DNA of 64,000 nucleotides from Candidatus Latescibacterota bacterium (lineage in GTDB: Bacteria > Latescibacterota > UBA2968 > UBA8231), in assembly GCA_965261395.1 (NCBI GenBank), contig OZ253462.1, positions 4,704,001 to 4,768,000 of the forward strand, read 5' to 3'. A program made the translations under genes and the position numbers. Within the stretch, counting starts at the first letter, position 1. Every line of letters begins with the position of its first letter. Positions 51,518 through 64,000 of the stretch are shown in pieces. Below the pieces are notes generated by a model. The model did not search any database, was not told where the DNA came from, and saw only the letters and a program-made list of their open reading frames with translations.

Positions 51518-53596
51518 TTAACTTTGAGTGTTATCGACGATTTCTTCGGTGATGTGTTTTGGGACGGCTTGGTACTTGGCAAACTGCATGGTAAAAAGCG
51601 CCCGTCCTTGGGTCAGCGAACGCAGACGAGTGGCATAGCCAAAAGTCTCGCTCAGCGGCACGAAGGCCTTGACGACTTGGGCATCGGAACGGGGATTGAT
51701 GCCTTGTATCTCGCCGCGGTGCGAATTGAGATCGCCCATTACGTCGCCCAAATATTGCTCGGGGACGACGACCTCCAACTCCATAATCGGCTCCATGAGA
51801 TAGGGAGCCGCCTTCAGAGCACCGTCTTTGAAGGCCATGGTCCCGGCGACCTTGAAGGCGACTTCCGATGAGTCAACCTCGTGATACGACCCATCTATCA
51901 GCACAACCTTAACATCCTCGATCGGATAACCGGCAACGGGGCCGGTAGTCATCGCTTCAATGATGCCCTCACGCACTGGATTGATGTATTCCTTGGGGAT
52001 GTTGCCACCGACAATTTTCGACTCGAAGACCAGCCCACTACCCGGCTCGCCTGGCTCGATCTCCAGCTCGACGTGCCCGTACTGGCCACGGCCGCCTGTC
52101 TGTCGTACGAACCGGCCCGTGCTCTCGACAGCCTTGCGCAGGCCTTCTTTGTAGGCCACTTGGGGCTTGCCGACATTGGCCTCGACCTTGAACTCGCGGA
52201 AGAGGCGGTCAATGAGTATTTCTAGATGCAGTTCGCCCATGCCCGACATGATCGTCTGACCAGTCTCGTCGTCAAGCTTAATCTGAAAGGTCGGGTCTTC
52301 CTCGCTGAGTTTGGACAGGGCAATGTATAGCTGCTCCTGATCGGCTCGCGTCTTGGGCTCAATGGCCACATGGACCACCGGCTCGGCAAATTCGATTTTT
52401 TCCAAGACGATAGGATGCTGCTCGTCGCAAAGCGTATCGCCAGTAGTTGTGTTTTTGAGGCCGACCACAGCGACTATATCACCGGCATAGGCGTGAGGCA
52501 GCTCGGTGCGGTCGTTGGCGTGCATCTCCAGCAAGCGCGCGGTCCGCTCGCGGCGCTCAGTAGTCACATTGTATAGATAGGTGCCCGAGCTTAACACGCC
52601 TGAATAGACGCGAACAAAGGTGAGACGCCCGACAAAGGGGTCCGTCATAACCTTAAAAGCCAACCCGGCAAAAGGCGCATCGTCGAGGGCAGGACGCACC
52701 TCTTCCGCGCTGGAATGGGGCAGCAGGCCCTTGATTTCGCCGACGTCGGCTGGGGACGGAAGATAGTGTAACACCGTGTCGAGCAAGCGCTGGACGCCTT
52801 TGTATTTGTACGCACTACCGCACGTTACGGGCACAGCCTTCAGCGCGATGGTGGCCTGGCGCAGTGCAGCTCGGATTTCGTCGGGGTGAATTTCCTCCCC
52901 GTCAAGGAATTTTTCGAGCAGTCCATCGTCGAATTCAGCCACCGACTCGAGCAGTTTTTCGCGGTGTTGCAAGGCATTCTCCAGCAAATCCGCGGGGATC
53001 TCGTCCTCGAAAAACTTGACGCCCTGGCTGGCCTCTTCGTAGGTAATGGCCTTCATCTCGATCAAGTCGATCAAACCGTTGAACGTCTCGCCGACGCCGA
53101 TGGGCAACTGGACGGGCACGAAATTGCTGTTCAACCGCTCTTTGAGCATGCTCAGGACCTGAAAAAAATCAGCCCCATTGCGATCCATCTTGTTGACAAA
53201 AGCAATGCGCGGAACCCCGTATTTGTCGGCTTGGCGCCAGACGGTCTCGGACTGCGGTTCAACTCCGCCGACCGCACAGAAGACGCCTATGGCACCGTCG
53301 AGGACGCGCAGCGAACGCTCGACCTCGGCGGTAAAATCCACGTGGCCGGGCGTGTCGATGATGTTGATGCGGTGATCCTTCCACTCGCAAGCGGTAGCCG
53401 CAGAGGTAATGGTAATTCCGCGCTCGCGCTCTTGCTCCATCCAGTCCATCGTCGCCGTACCGTCGTGGACCTCTCCCATGCGGTGAACTCGGCCCGTATA
53501 GTAGAGAATCCGCTCGGTCGTAGTGGTCTTGCCGGCGTCGATATGAGCCGCAATCCCGATATTGCGCGTGTCTTGTTGGGTAAACTGTCGTGCCAT
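51518..53596 (-). CDS. fusA: Elongation factor G
   Basis: [17 protein letters not shown] and GMGELHL. Start moved to ATG 53596. Confidence 0.98.
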   Translation of the reverse strand: MARQFTQQDTRNIGIAAHIDAGKTTTTERILYYTGRVHRMGEVHDGTATMDWMEQERERGITITSAATACEWKDHRINIIDTPGHVDFTAEVERSLRVLDGAIGVFCAVGGVEPQSETVWRQADKYGVPRIAFVNKMDRNGADFFQVLSMLKERLNSNFVPVQLPIGVGETFNGLIDLIEMKAITYEEASQGVKFFEDEIPADLLENALQHREKLLESVAEFDDGLLEKFLDGEEIHPDEIRAALRQATIALKAVPVTCGSAYKYKGVQRLLDTVLHYLPSPADVGEIKGLLPHSSAEEVRPALDDAPFAGLAFKVMTDPFVGRLTFVRVYSGVLSSGTYLYNVTTERRERTARLLEMHANDRTELPHAYAGDIVAVVGLKNTTTGDTLCDEQHPIVLEKIEFAEPVVHVAIEPKTRADQEQLYIALSKLSEEDPTFQIKLDDETGQTIMSGMGELHLEILIDRLFREFKVEANVGKPQVAYKEGLRKAVESTGRFVRQTGGRGQYGHVELEIEPGEPGSGLVFESKIVGGNIPKEYINPVREGIIEAMTTGPVAGYPIEDVKVVLIDGSYHEVDSSEVAFKVAGTMAFKDGALKAAPYLMEPIMELEVVVPEQYLGDVMGDLNSHRGEIQGINPRSDAQVVKAFVPLSETFGYATRLRSLTQGRALFTMQFAKYQAVPKHITEEIVDNTQS

Positions 53597-53612
53597 TTCG
53601 CTTGAGAACTCC

Positions 53613-54083
53613 CTAAAATCTGTAGTGGGCAAAAGCCTTGTTCGCCTCGGCCATGCGGTGGACGTCTTCCTTCATGCGCACAGCCCCACCTTCCCCCCTT
53701 GACGCCGCGATAAATTCATTGGCCAACCGCTCGGCCATGGTGCGCTCAGAGCGCTCGCGAGCGAAGCGAATCAACCAGCGAATCGAACGCGCCGTGCGCT
53801 CGTCTGGCCGCATTTCGACCGGCACCTGATACGTTTGGCCACCGACTCGACGCGATTTAACCATGACGATGGGCTTGGCATTTTCCAGTGCCTTCTGAAA
53901 GACATCGATCCCGTCTTGGCCACTGCGCTCGGCAGCCAAGTCAATCGAGTCGTAGAATATGCGCTCGGCCACGCTCTTTTTGCCTTGTTTCATCAGCGAA
54001 TTTACGAACCTTGCCGCCAAGACGTTGTGGAACTTCGGGTCCGGTAGCAGCTTGCGTTTTATTGCTCTTTTACGCCGCGACAT
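53613..54083 (-). CDS. rpsG: 30S ribosomal protein S7
   Basis: RRVGG.TYQVP and [14 protein letters not shown]. Confidence 0.98.
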   Translation of the reverse strand: MSRRKRAIKRKLLPDPKFHNVLAARFVNSLMKQGKKSVAERIFYDSIDLAAERSGQDGIDVFQKALENAKPIVMVKSRRVGGQTYQVPVEMRPDERTARSIRWLIRFARERSERTMAERLANEFIAASRGEGGAVRMKEDVHRMAEANKAFAHYRF

Positions 54084-54094
54084 TGCTTGTACTC

Positions 54095-54466
54095 TTAGGT
54101 TGGCCGCCGGGTGCCATACTTGGAGCGACTCTGGCGGCGGTCGGCCACGCCCGTCGCATCGAGGACGCCGCGCACGATGTGGTAGCGCACGCCGGGGCAG
54201 TCCTTGATCCGGCCCCCGCGCACCAAAACGATGGAGTGCTCCTGAAGCGTGTGGCCCTCGCCTGGAACATAAGCCGTGACTTCAATCCCCGTAGTCAAAC
54301 GCACGCGGGCCATCTTGCGCAGAGCCGAATTGGGCTTCTTAGGCGTCTGGGTGTAAACGCGCGTACAAACGCCGCGCCGCTGAGGACAACCTCTCAGTGC
54401 TGGAGAGTCCGTCTTTTTTAGTGATTTTTGCCGGCTCTTGCGGACCAGCTGGCTAACCGTTGGCAA
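54095..54466 (-). CDS. rpsL: 30S ribosomal protein S12
   Basis: [11 protein letters not shown] and RSKYG. TTG start with GAGGAG RBS. Confidence 0.98.
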   Translation of the reverse strand: MPTVSQLVRKSRQKSLKKTDSPALRGCPQRRGVCTRVYTQTPKKPNSALRKMARVRLTTGIEVTAYVPGEGHTLQEHSIVLVRGGRIKDCPGVRYHIVRGVLDATGVADRRQSRSKYGTRRPT

Positions 54467-54509
54467 GCGCTATTTCTCCTCGCGATTCCGTAATAAACAG
54501 CAAGCTCAT

Positions 54510-54538
54510 AACTTAAATACAAATTCTATAACTGTCAA
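54510..54538 (-). promoter_or_regulatory. Sigma70 promoter of the str operon
   Basis: TTGACA-N17-TAAGTT in the AT-rich rpoC-rpsL spacer. Confidence 0.7.
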
Positions 54539-54540
54539 TA

Positions 54541-57500
54541 CTACTCGCCTAAAATACCCATTTCCGCAGCCGCAACTTCAGGCAATTCGGCTTTGCCATT
54601 GTCTTCTGGCTCCAAGCTCTCATAGGTGATATCTTGGTTGGACTTATCACCCGTACCGGCTGGGATCAAGCGGCCGATGATGACGTTTTCTTTAAGGCCG
54701 CGCAAATGGTCTATCTTGCCTTGCACGGCCGCCTCGGTCAACACGCGCGTCGTCTCTTGAAAGGAAGCGGCAGAGATAAAGCTGTCCGTGCGCAGTGAGG
54801 CGCGGGTAATGCCCAGCAGGATCGGCTGGCAGGTAGCCGGGTCCCCTCCCTCGTAGATGACTTTGTCATTTTCCCTGTTGAAGCGGATCTTATCCACTTC
54901 CTCTCCTTCGAGAAAATTCGTGTCGCCCGGGTCGATGATGCGCACCTTCTGCAGCATCTGCTTGACGATTACCTCAATGTGCTTGTCGTTGATCTCCACA
55001 GCCTGCAGGCGATAGACATCCTGAATCTCGTTGACCAAGTACTCCTGTACCTTATTCACGCCTTGGACCCGCAAAATATCGTGCGGATTGACCGAACCCT
55101 CGGAGAGGCGCTCGCCGGCTTCGACCCGGTCGCCTTCGTGTACGCGCAGATGCTTACCGTAGGGCACCGAGTATTTCTTTTTTTCACCGTCTAGCGGGGT
55201 AACGAACAATTCGCGGTTACCGCGCACTAGGCCGCCAAAACTGACAGTGCCGTCGATTTCCGATATTACCGCAGGTTCCTTGGGCCGGCGTGCCTCGAAG
55301 AGTTCGGCAACGCGCGGCAAGCCGCCGGTGATATCGCGCGTCTTGGAACGCTCACGTGGGATCTTGACCAACACCTGCCCCGGTGCGACTTGATCGCCGT
55401 CTTGGACCAAAAGACGAGCACCGACCGGAATGATATTGGAACGGAGCCCATGTTCCTCGCTCTCGATCTCGATCTGCGGGCTCAGCGAGCGGTCGCGCTG
55501 TTCGACGATGCCGCGGACGCTCATGCCCGTGCTTTCGTCAAACTCCTCGCGCATAGTTACCCCGGCAATGATATCGTTGAACTTAATTTTGCCCGGGCGG
55601 TCGGTGAGGATCACAGTATTGTATGGATCCCATTCGTACAGCACCTGGTCCATCTCGACTTGCTCGCCGTCTTCGACCTTGAGCACCGCGCCGTAAGGGG
55701 CGATTTGTCGCACCCGCACTCGATTCTGTTCGTCGAGCAGCTCGATTTCGCCGTTGCGTCCGATGACCGTGACGCCGGTTGTCGGGTTGTGCACCGTATC
55801 GACGTTGGAAAATTGGACGAGGCCGGCCCGGCGCGCGGTGATCTGCGACTGCTCGGCGATGCGGCTGGCCGTACCGCCGATGTGAAACGTGCGCAACGTT
55901 AGCTGAGTACCTGGCTCGCCAATGCTCTGCGCGGCCACGACCCCAACCGCCTCGCCGACATTGATCTCGCGGCCAGTACCCATGTTGCGCCCGTAGCACT
56001 TGATGCACACACCGCGTTCGGACTCACATGTGAGCACCGAGCGGATGAGCACTTCTTCAATGCCGGCTTGGGCAATGCGATTGGCGTCTTCATCTTCCAA
56101 CAGGACGCCGGTTTGGGCGACCACATTGTCGTCGTCGTCGCGGGCGTCCTCTTGTAATACGCGGCCGACGATGCGGTCGGCCAGCGGCTCGATTACCTCC
56201 TCGCCATCCTTGAGAGCGCTAATATGCAGCCCTTGGCTGGTCATGCAGTCCTCTTCGCTAATCACCACATCTTGGGCCACATCAACCATCCGACGAGTCA
56301 GATATCCGGCTTCGGCCGTCTTTAGAGCCGTATCGGCCAAACCCTTGCGTGCCCCGTGGGTCGAGATGAAGTACTCGAGCACCGACAGCCCCTCTTTGAA
56401 AGAGGCGATAATCGGCGTTTCGATAATTTCGCCGACGGCACCGGTCAGCTTTTTCTGCGGCTTGTTCATTAGGCCACGCATGCCGCCTAGCTGTTTGATC
56501 TGATCCTCACTGCCGCGCGCGCCGGAATCCTTCATAATGTAAACCGAGTTAAATCCCTCTTCGGCTTCCTCGAGCGCGCCCTGCACAGCGCGCGAGACCG
56601 TAGATGTGGTATGCATCCAGATGTCGATGATCTTGTTATAGCGCTCGCCGTCAGTGATGATGCCGTTGGCGTACTGATCGCGGACTTTCTCCACTTCCTT
56701 GAGTGCCCCGTCAATGAGCTTGGTTTTAGTATCGGGTACGACTACGTCATCAACGGCAATGGATACACCAGACAGCGTCGCGTAGTGGTAGCCCATGTTT
56801 TTGAGCTGATCCACGAACTCGGCTGTGCGTCTGTTGCCCAATAGGCGATGCACCTCAGAGGTAATTTTCTTAATATCGCCCTTGTCGACCGTGCGGTTGA
56901 TGAAGCCGATTTCCTCCGGGAGCACCTCGTTGAAGAGCAAGCGACCGACGGTCGTATTCACCATCTCGCCATCGATGCGCACCACAATCGGCTGGTGCAA
57001 GGTAATGCGGCCCGATTCAAAGGCCGCAACCGCCTCGATCTTATTGGCAAAGCTGCGCTCGACTCCACCGGCTTCGCTAAAGCGCACCTTGGTCAGGTAG
57101 TAACTGCCGAGTACGATGTCCTGAGGATTATCCATAATCACCGGCTCGCCATCGGCCGGTTTGAGGATGTTGTTGGTAGAGAGCATTAGGAGCCGCGCCT
57201 CGATCTGGGACTCGAACGAGAGCGGGACATGCACAGCCATCTGGTCGCCGTCGAAGTCGGCGTTAAAGGCGGCGCAGACCAGCGGGTGTAGGCGAATGGC
57301 CTTACCCTCGACGAGAATGGGCTGAAAAGCCTGAATGCCCAACTTGTGCAACGTCGGCGCCCGATTGAGCAATACGCAGTGGTCGCGAATGATCTCCTCG
57401 AGAATGTCCCAGACCTCCGAGCGCTCGCGCTCGACCAACTTCTTGGCGCTTTTGACGGTTTGCACCAGCCCTTTTTCTTCTAATTTTTTGATCACAAAGG

Positions 57501-58629
57501 GCTTAAACAGCTCTAGTGCCATGCCCTTGGGCAGGCCACACTGGTACAATTTGAGTTCTGGACCGACGACGATGACTGAACGGCCCGAATAGTCGACGCG
57601 CTTACCCAGCAAGTTTTGGCGAAAACGGCCCTGCTTACCCTTGAGCAAATCGCTGAGTGACTTGAGCGAGCGATTGCCGTCACCGCGTACAGCCCGCGAG
57701 CGACGCCCGTTGTCGAAGAGGGCGTCAACGGCTTCTTGGAGCATCCTCTTCTCGTTGCGCAGAATGACCTCGGGAGCCTTGATGTTGATTAGCTTCTTCA
57801 AGCGGTTGTTACGGTTAATGACTCGGCGGTAGAGGTCGTTGAGGTCGGAAGTGGCAAAGCGACCGCCCTCTAGGGGCACCAAGGGACGCAGATCCGGCGG
57901 AATGACTGGGATGTTGTCGAGAATCATCCACTCGGGCCGGTTTTCGGACTGGCGGAAGGCCTCGACGACCTTGAGCCGCTTGAGCGCCTCTTGCTTGCGC
58001 TGGATCGAACTCTCCATCCTGACCAAGGTTCGCAATTCGGCCGAGAGCTCTTCGATATCGATCTGCTCTAAGAGTCGCCTGACCGCTGGTGCTCCCATAT
58101 CAACATCGGGATCGCCACCCTCTTCCCCTACCTCAAAGAGCTCCTCCTCAGTCAAAAGCTGCAACTTCTCCACAAGTGCACCCCGCGGATCGATGACGAC
58201 ATAGGACTCGTAATAGAGGATGCGCTCGAGGTTGCGCATCGAGATGTCGAGCAGAGCACCGATGCGCGAAGGCAGCGACTTAAAATACCAAATGTGTGAG
58301 ACTTGGACGGCTAGCTCAATGTGGCCAAGACGCTCACGGCGCACCTTGACCTGCGTGACCTCAACGCCGCAACGGTCGCATACTACGCCGCGATAGCGGA
58401 TGCCCTTGTACTTGCCACAGTGGCAGTTCCAGTCCTTGACCGGACCGAAAATGCGTTCGCAGAACAACCCGTCGCGCTCCGGTTTGAAGGAGCGGTAGTT
58501 GATCGTCTCGGGTTTGGTGACCTCACCTTGAGACCAAGCGCGGATGGTCTCAGGAGAAGCGAGCTGAATGCGAATGGAATCGAAATCAGTCGGTTTGCGC
58601 GATGCATTGGCAATCTGTAACACTGGCAC
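54541..58629 (-). CDS. rpoC: RNA polymerase beta' subunit
   Basis: [20 protein letters not shown] and SAASFQETT. Confidence 0.99.
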   Translation of the reverse strand: MPVLQIANASRKPTDFDSIRIQLASPETIRAWSQGEVTKPETINYRSFKPERDGLFCERIFGPVKDWNCHCGKYKGIRYRGVVCDRCGVEVTQVKVRRERLGHIELAVQVSHIWYFKSLPSRIGALLDISMRNLERILYYESYVVIDPRGALVEKLQLLTEEELFEVGEEGGDPDVDMGAPAVRRLLEQIDIEELSAELRTLVRMESSIQRKQEALKRLKVVEAFRQSENRPEWMILDNIPVIPPDLRPLVPLEGGRFATSDLNDLYRRVINRNNRLKKLINIKAPEVILRNEKRMLQEAVDALFDNGRRSRAVRGDGNRSLKSLSDLLKGKQGRFRQNLLGKRVDYSGRSVIVVGPELKLYQCGLPKGMALELFKPFVIKKLEEKGLVQTVKSAKKLVERERSEVWDILEEIIRDHCVLLNRAPTLHKLGIQAFQPILVEGKAIRLHPLVCAAFNADFDGDQMAVHVPLSFESQIEARLLMLSTNNILKPADGEPVIMDNPQDIVLGSYYLTKVRFSEAGGVERSFANKIEAVAAFESGRITLHQPIVVRIDGEMVNTTVGRLLFNEVLPEEIGFINRTVDKGDIKKITSEVHRLLGNRRTAEFVDQLKNMGYHYATLSGVSIAVDDVVVPDTKTKLIDGALKEVEKVRDQYANGIITDGERYNKIIDIWMHTTSTVSRAVQGALEEAEEGFNSVYIMKDSGARGSEDQIKQLGGMRGLMNKPQKKLTGAVGEIIETPIIASFKEGLSVLEYFISTHGARKGLADTALKTAEAGYLTRRMVDVAQDVVISEEDCMTSQGLHISALKDGEEVIEPLADRIVGRVLQEDARDDDDNVVAQTGVLLEDEDANRIAQAGIEEVLIRSVLTCESERGVCIKCYGRNMGTGREINVGEAVGVVAAQSIGEPGTQLTLRTFHIGGTASRIAEQSQITARRAGLVQFSNVDTVHNPTTGVTVIGRNGEIELLDEQNRVRVRQIAPYGAVLKVEDGEQVEMDQVLYEWDPYNTVILTDRPGKIKFNDIIAGVTMREEFDESTGMSVRGIVEQRDRSLSPQIEIESEEHGLRSNIIPVGARLLVQDGDQVAPGQVLVKIPRERSKTRDITGGLPRVAELFEARRPKEPAVISEIDGTVSFGGLVRGNRELFVTPLDGEKKKYSVPYGKHLRVHEGDRVEAGERLSEGSVNPHDILRVQGVNKVQEYLVNEIQDVYRLQAVEINDKHIEVIVKQMLQKVRIIDPGDTNFLEGEEVDKIRFNRENDKVIYEGGDPATCQPILLGITRASLRTDSFISAASFQETTRVLTEAAVQGKIDHLRGLKENVIIGRLIPAGTGDKSNQDITYESLEPEDNGKAELPEVAAAEMGILGE

Positions 58630-58661
58630 CCCCTTTGCGCTTTATGCGAATGCTCTGCGAT

Positions 58662-62441
<3,780 letters not shown>

Positions 62442-62476
62442 AGTCCAACTCCTCAACTGGTGGTTTAAGGCAAATG

Positions 62477-62508
62477 CTCATGGAGCTATCGACCAATAGC
62501 TCCATGAG
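62477..62508 (-). terminator. Hairpin (attenuator-like) between rplL and rpoB
   Basis: 13-bp perfect stem CTCATGGAGCTAT/ATAGCTCCATGAG with a weak U-tract. Confidence 0.55.
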
Positions 62509-62565
62509 TGCGCACTGCAGAAAAGCAGGTACGAATAGATGAACTACTGTGTCCGCAGCAGTTCC

Positions 62566-62967
62566 CTATTGAAGTTCTACCGTGGCTCCGGCGTCCTGCA
62601 ACCGGCTCTGGATTTCTTCAGCTTCTTCCTTGGTCGCTCCTTCCTTGACGGGCTTGGGTGCCTCGTCGACGAGAGCTTTGGCCTCTTTCAGCCCCAAGCT
62701 GGTAATCTCGCGGACGACCTTGATGACTTGAATTTTCTTCTCGCCGACACTAGTGAGCACGACGTCAAAGGAATCCTTCTCCTCAGCGGCCTCTTCGCCG
62801 CCATCGCTGGGCATTGCGCCAGCCATCATCACCGGTGCTGCGGCCGACACACCGAACTTGTCTTCAAGGGCTTTGACCAACTCGGCCAGCTCTAGGACAG
62901 TCAGGCCGCCGATGGTCTCAATGATTTCGCCTACCTTGCTGGTGGTGGCAGTGGTTTCTTCGGTCAT
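62566..62967 (-). CDS. rplL: 50S ribosomal protein L7/L12
   Basis: FGVSAAA, KI.VIK.VR and LGLKEAK. Confidence 0.98.
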   Translation of the reverse strand: MTEETTATTSKVGEIIETIGGLTVLELAELVKALEDKFGVSAAAPVMMAGAMPSDGGEEAAEEKDSFDVVLTSVGEKKIQVIKVVREITSLGLKEAKALVDEAPKPVKEGATKEEAEEIQSRLQDAGATVELQ

Positions 62968-63032
62968 GGGATACAGCCTCCTGTATATCCTTTGAGTTTG
63001 TTAAAAGATGTTATTAAAGAAACAAATGGGAG

Positions 63033-63566
63033 TCAGGCGTTTTCCCTGCCTTCTCCCCGTTGCTTTTCGATGGCCGACAACGCGCCGACCAAGCCTCTGA
63101 GCAACCCACTCAAGACGCCGCTCAGCCCATAGAGCGGGCTCTGGACGCCGGCAGCTACCTGACCTAGCAATTCTTCCTTAGAGGGCAGCTTGGCCAACGC
63201 CTCGACTTTATCGGTGGCGAGGATCTCGCCTTCCATAAAGCCGGTCCTGATATGAATTTTTCCACCGTCGGCGACGAAGTCTTGCAGAATTTTAGCCGGT
63301 GCGATGGGATCTTCTTTTGAGTAGGCTATGGCCGTAGGCCCGGCGAAATACTCTTTGAGACCGGCGATGCCCGCTTCCTCGGCTGCGCGAATAGCTAGGC
63401 GATTTTTGATCACTTGGTATTGGACGTCGGCATCGCGCAGCTTGTTGCGCAGTTCGGTCACTGCAGCTACGTCAATACCCGTAAAATCGGCCAGATAAAA
63501 GCCCTTAGCCTCGGCCATAATGGCCTTCAATTCTTCTACTTTTGCCTCTTTCTCTACCGTCGCCAT
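63033..63566 (-). CDS. rplJ: 50S ribosomal protein L10
   Basis: V.KN.L, GPTAIA and LA.LPSKEEL. Confidence 0.97.
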   Translation of the reverse strand: MATVEKEAKVEELKAIMAEAKGFYLADFTGIDVAAVTELRNKLRDADVQYQVIKNRLAIRAAEEAGIAGLKEYFAGPTAIAYSKEDPIAPAKILQDFVADGGKIHIRTGFMEGEILATDKVEALAKLPSKEELLGQVAAGVQSPLYGLSGVLSGLLRGLVGALSAIEKQRGEGRENA

Positions 63567-63581
63567 AGTACAGAGCTTCCT

Positions 63582-64000
63582 TTACGCAGCGAACTGGGCG
63601 CGGTCAATCTTTATGCCCGGCCCGATTGCCGACGAGAGGACTAACTTGCGGATGTACTGCCCTTTCGACGCGGCCGGCTTGGCGCGCAAAATGGCATCCG
63701 TAAACGCTTGGGCGTTTTCGATAAGTGCCTGATCGGCAAAGGACAGCTTGCCGATAGGGCCTTGGGCATTGTTGCCGGACTTGCTGTCGGCGCGGTATTC
63801 TATGCGGCCGGCCTTGGCCTCGCGGACGGCCTGGGCTACTTCGCGCGTCACCGTACCGGTCTTGGGATTGGGCATCAAGCCCCGAGGTCCTAAGATCCTC
63901 CCCAGCTTACCTACCTGCCCCATCATATCTGGAGAGGCGATGACTATGTCGAAATTGAGCCAACCGCCCTGGATTTTCTCGGCCATATCGGCCCCGCCGA
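63582..64000 (-). CDS. rplA: 50S ribosomal protein L1, 5' part outside the window
   Basis: [19 protein letters not shown]. Confidence 0.97.
   Translation of the reverse strand, partial: GGADMAEKIQGGWLNFDIVIASPDMMGQVGKLGRILGPRGLMPNPKTGTVTREVAQAVREAKAGRIEYRADSKSGNNAQGPIGKLSFADQALIENAQAFTDAILRAKPAASKGQYIRKLVLSSAIGPGIKIDRAQFAA

Overview
GC-rich bacterial chromosomal window with three parts. (1) 1-15.5 kb is accessory/mixed: the 3' part of an RND transporter, an IMPase/CysQ-family gene, a polX whose polymerase catalytic residues look degenerate, and a lower-GC restriction-modification cassette (HTH-fused endonuclease plus SPPY methyltransferase) bounded by a perfect 13-bp direct repeat of the polX 3' end. 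It also holds udk, REP-like palindromes, a 645-aa unknown protein, an orphan COX2-like lipoprotein with a degenerate CuA site, and a lower-GC four-gene operon of two different ABC-ATPase + TOPRIM-like pairs (best candidate for an undescribed anti-phage system). (2) 15.6-37.3 kb holds a translationally coupled MoxR/Bat operon with a GldAFG-like ABC module embedded in it, envelope TPR proteins, an atypical ClpX paralogue, a sigma-54 activator with a pseudo-receiver domain, and rlmD. (3) 37.4-64 kb is the rplA-rplJL-rpoBC-str-S10-spc-alpha superoperon on the minus strand. rplC (L3) is missing from it, and RpoB carries substitutions at rifampicin-contact positions. No rRNA, tRNA, CRISPR array, transposase or integrase was recognised by eye. 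Family names come from motif recognition only, as no database searches were run.
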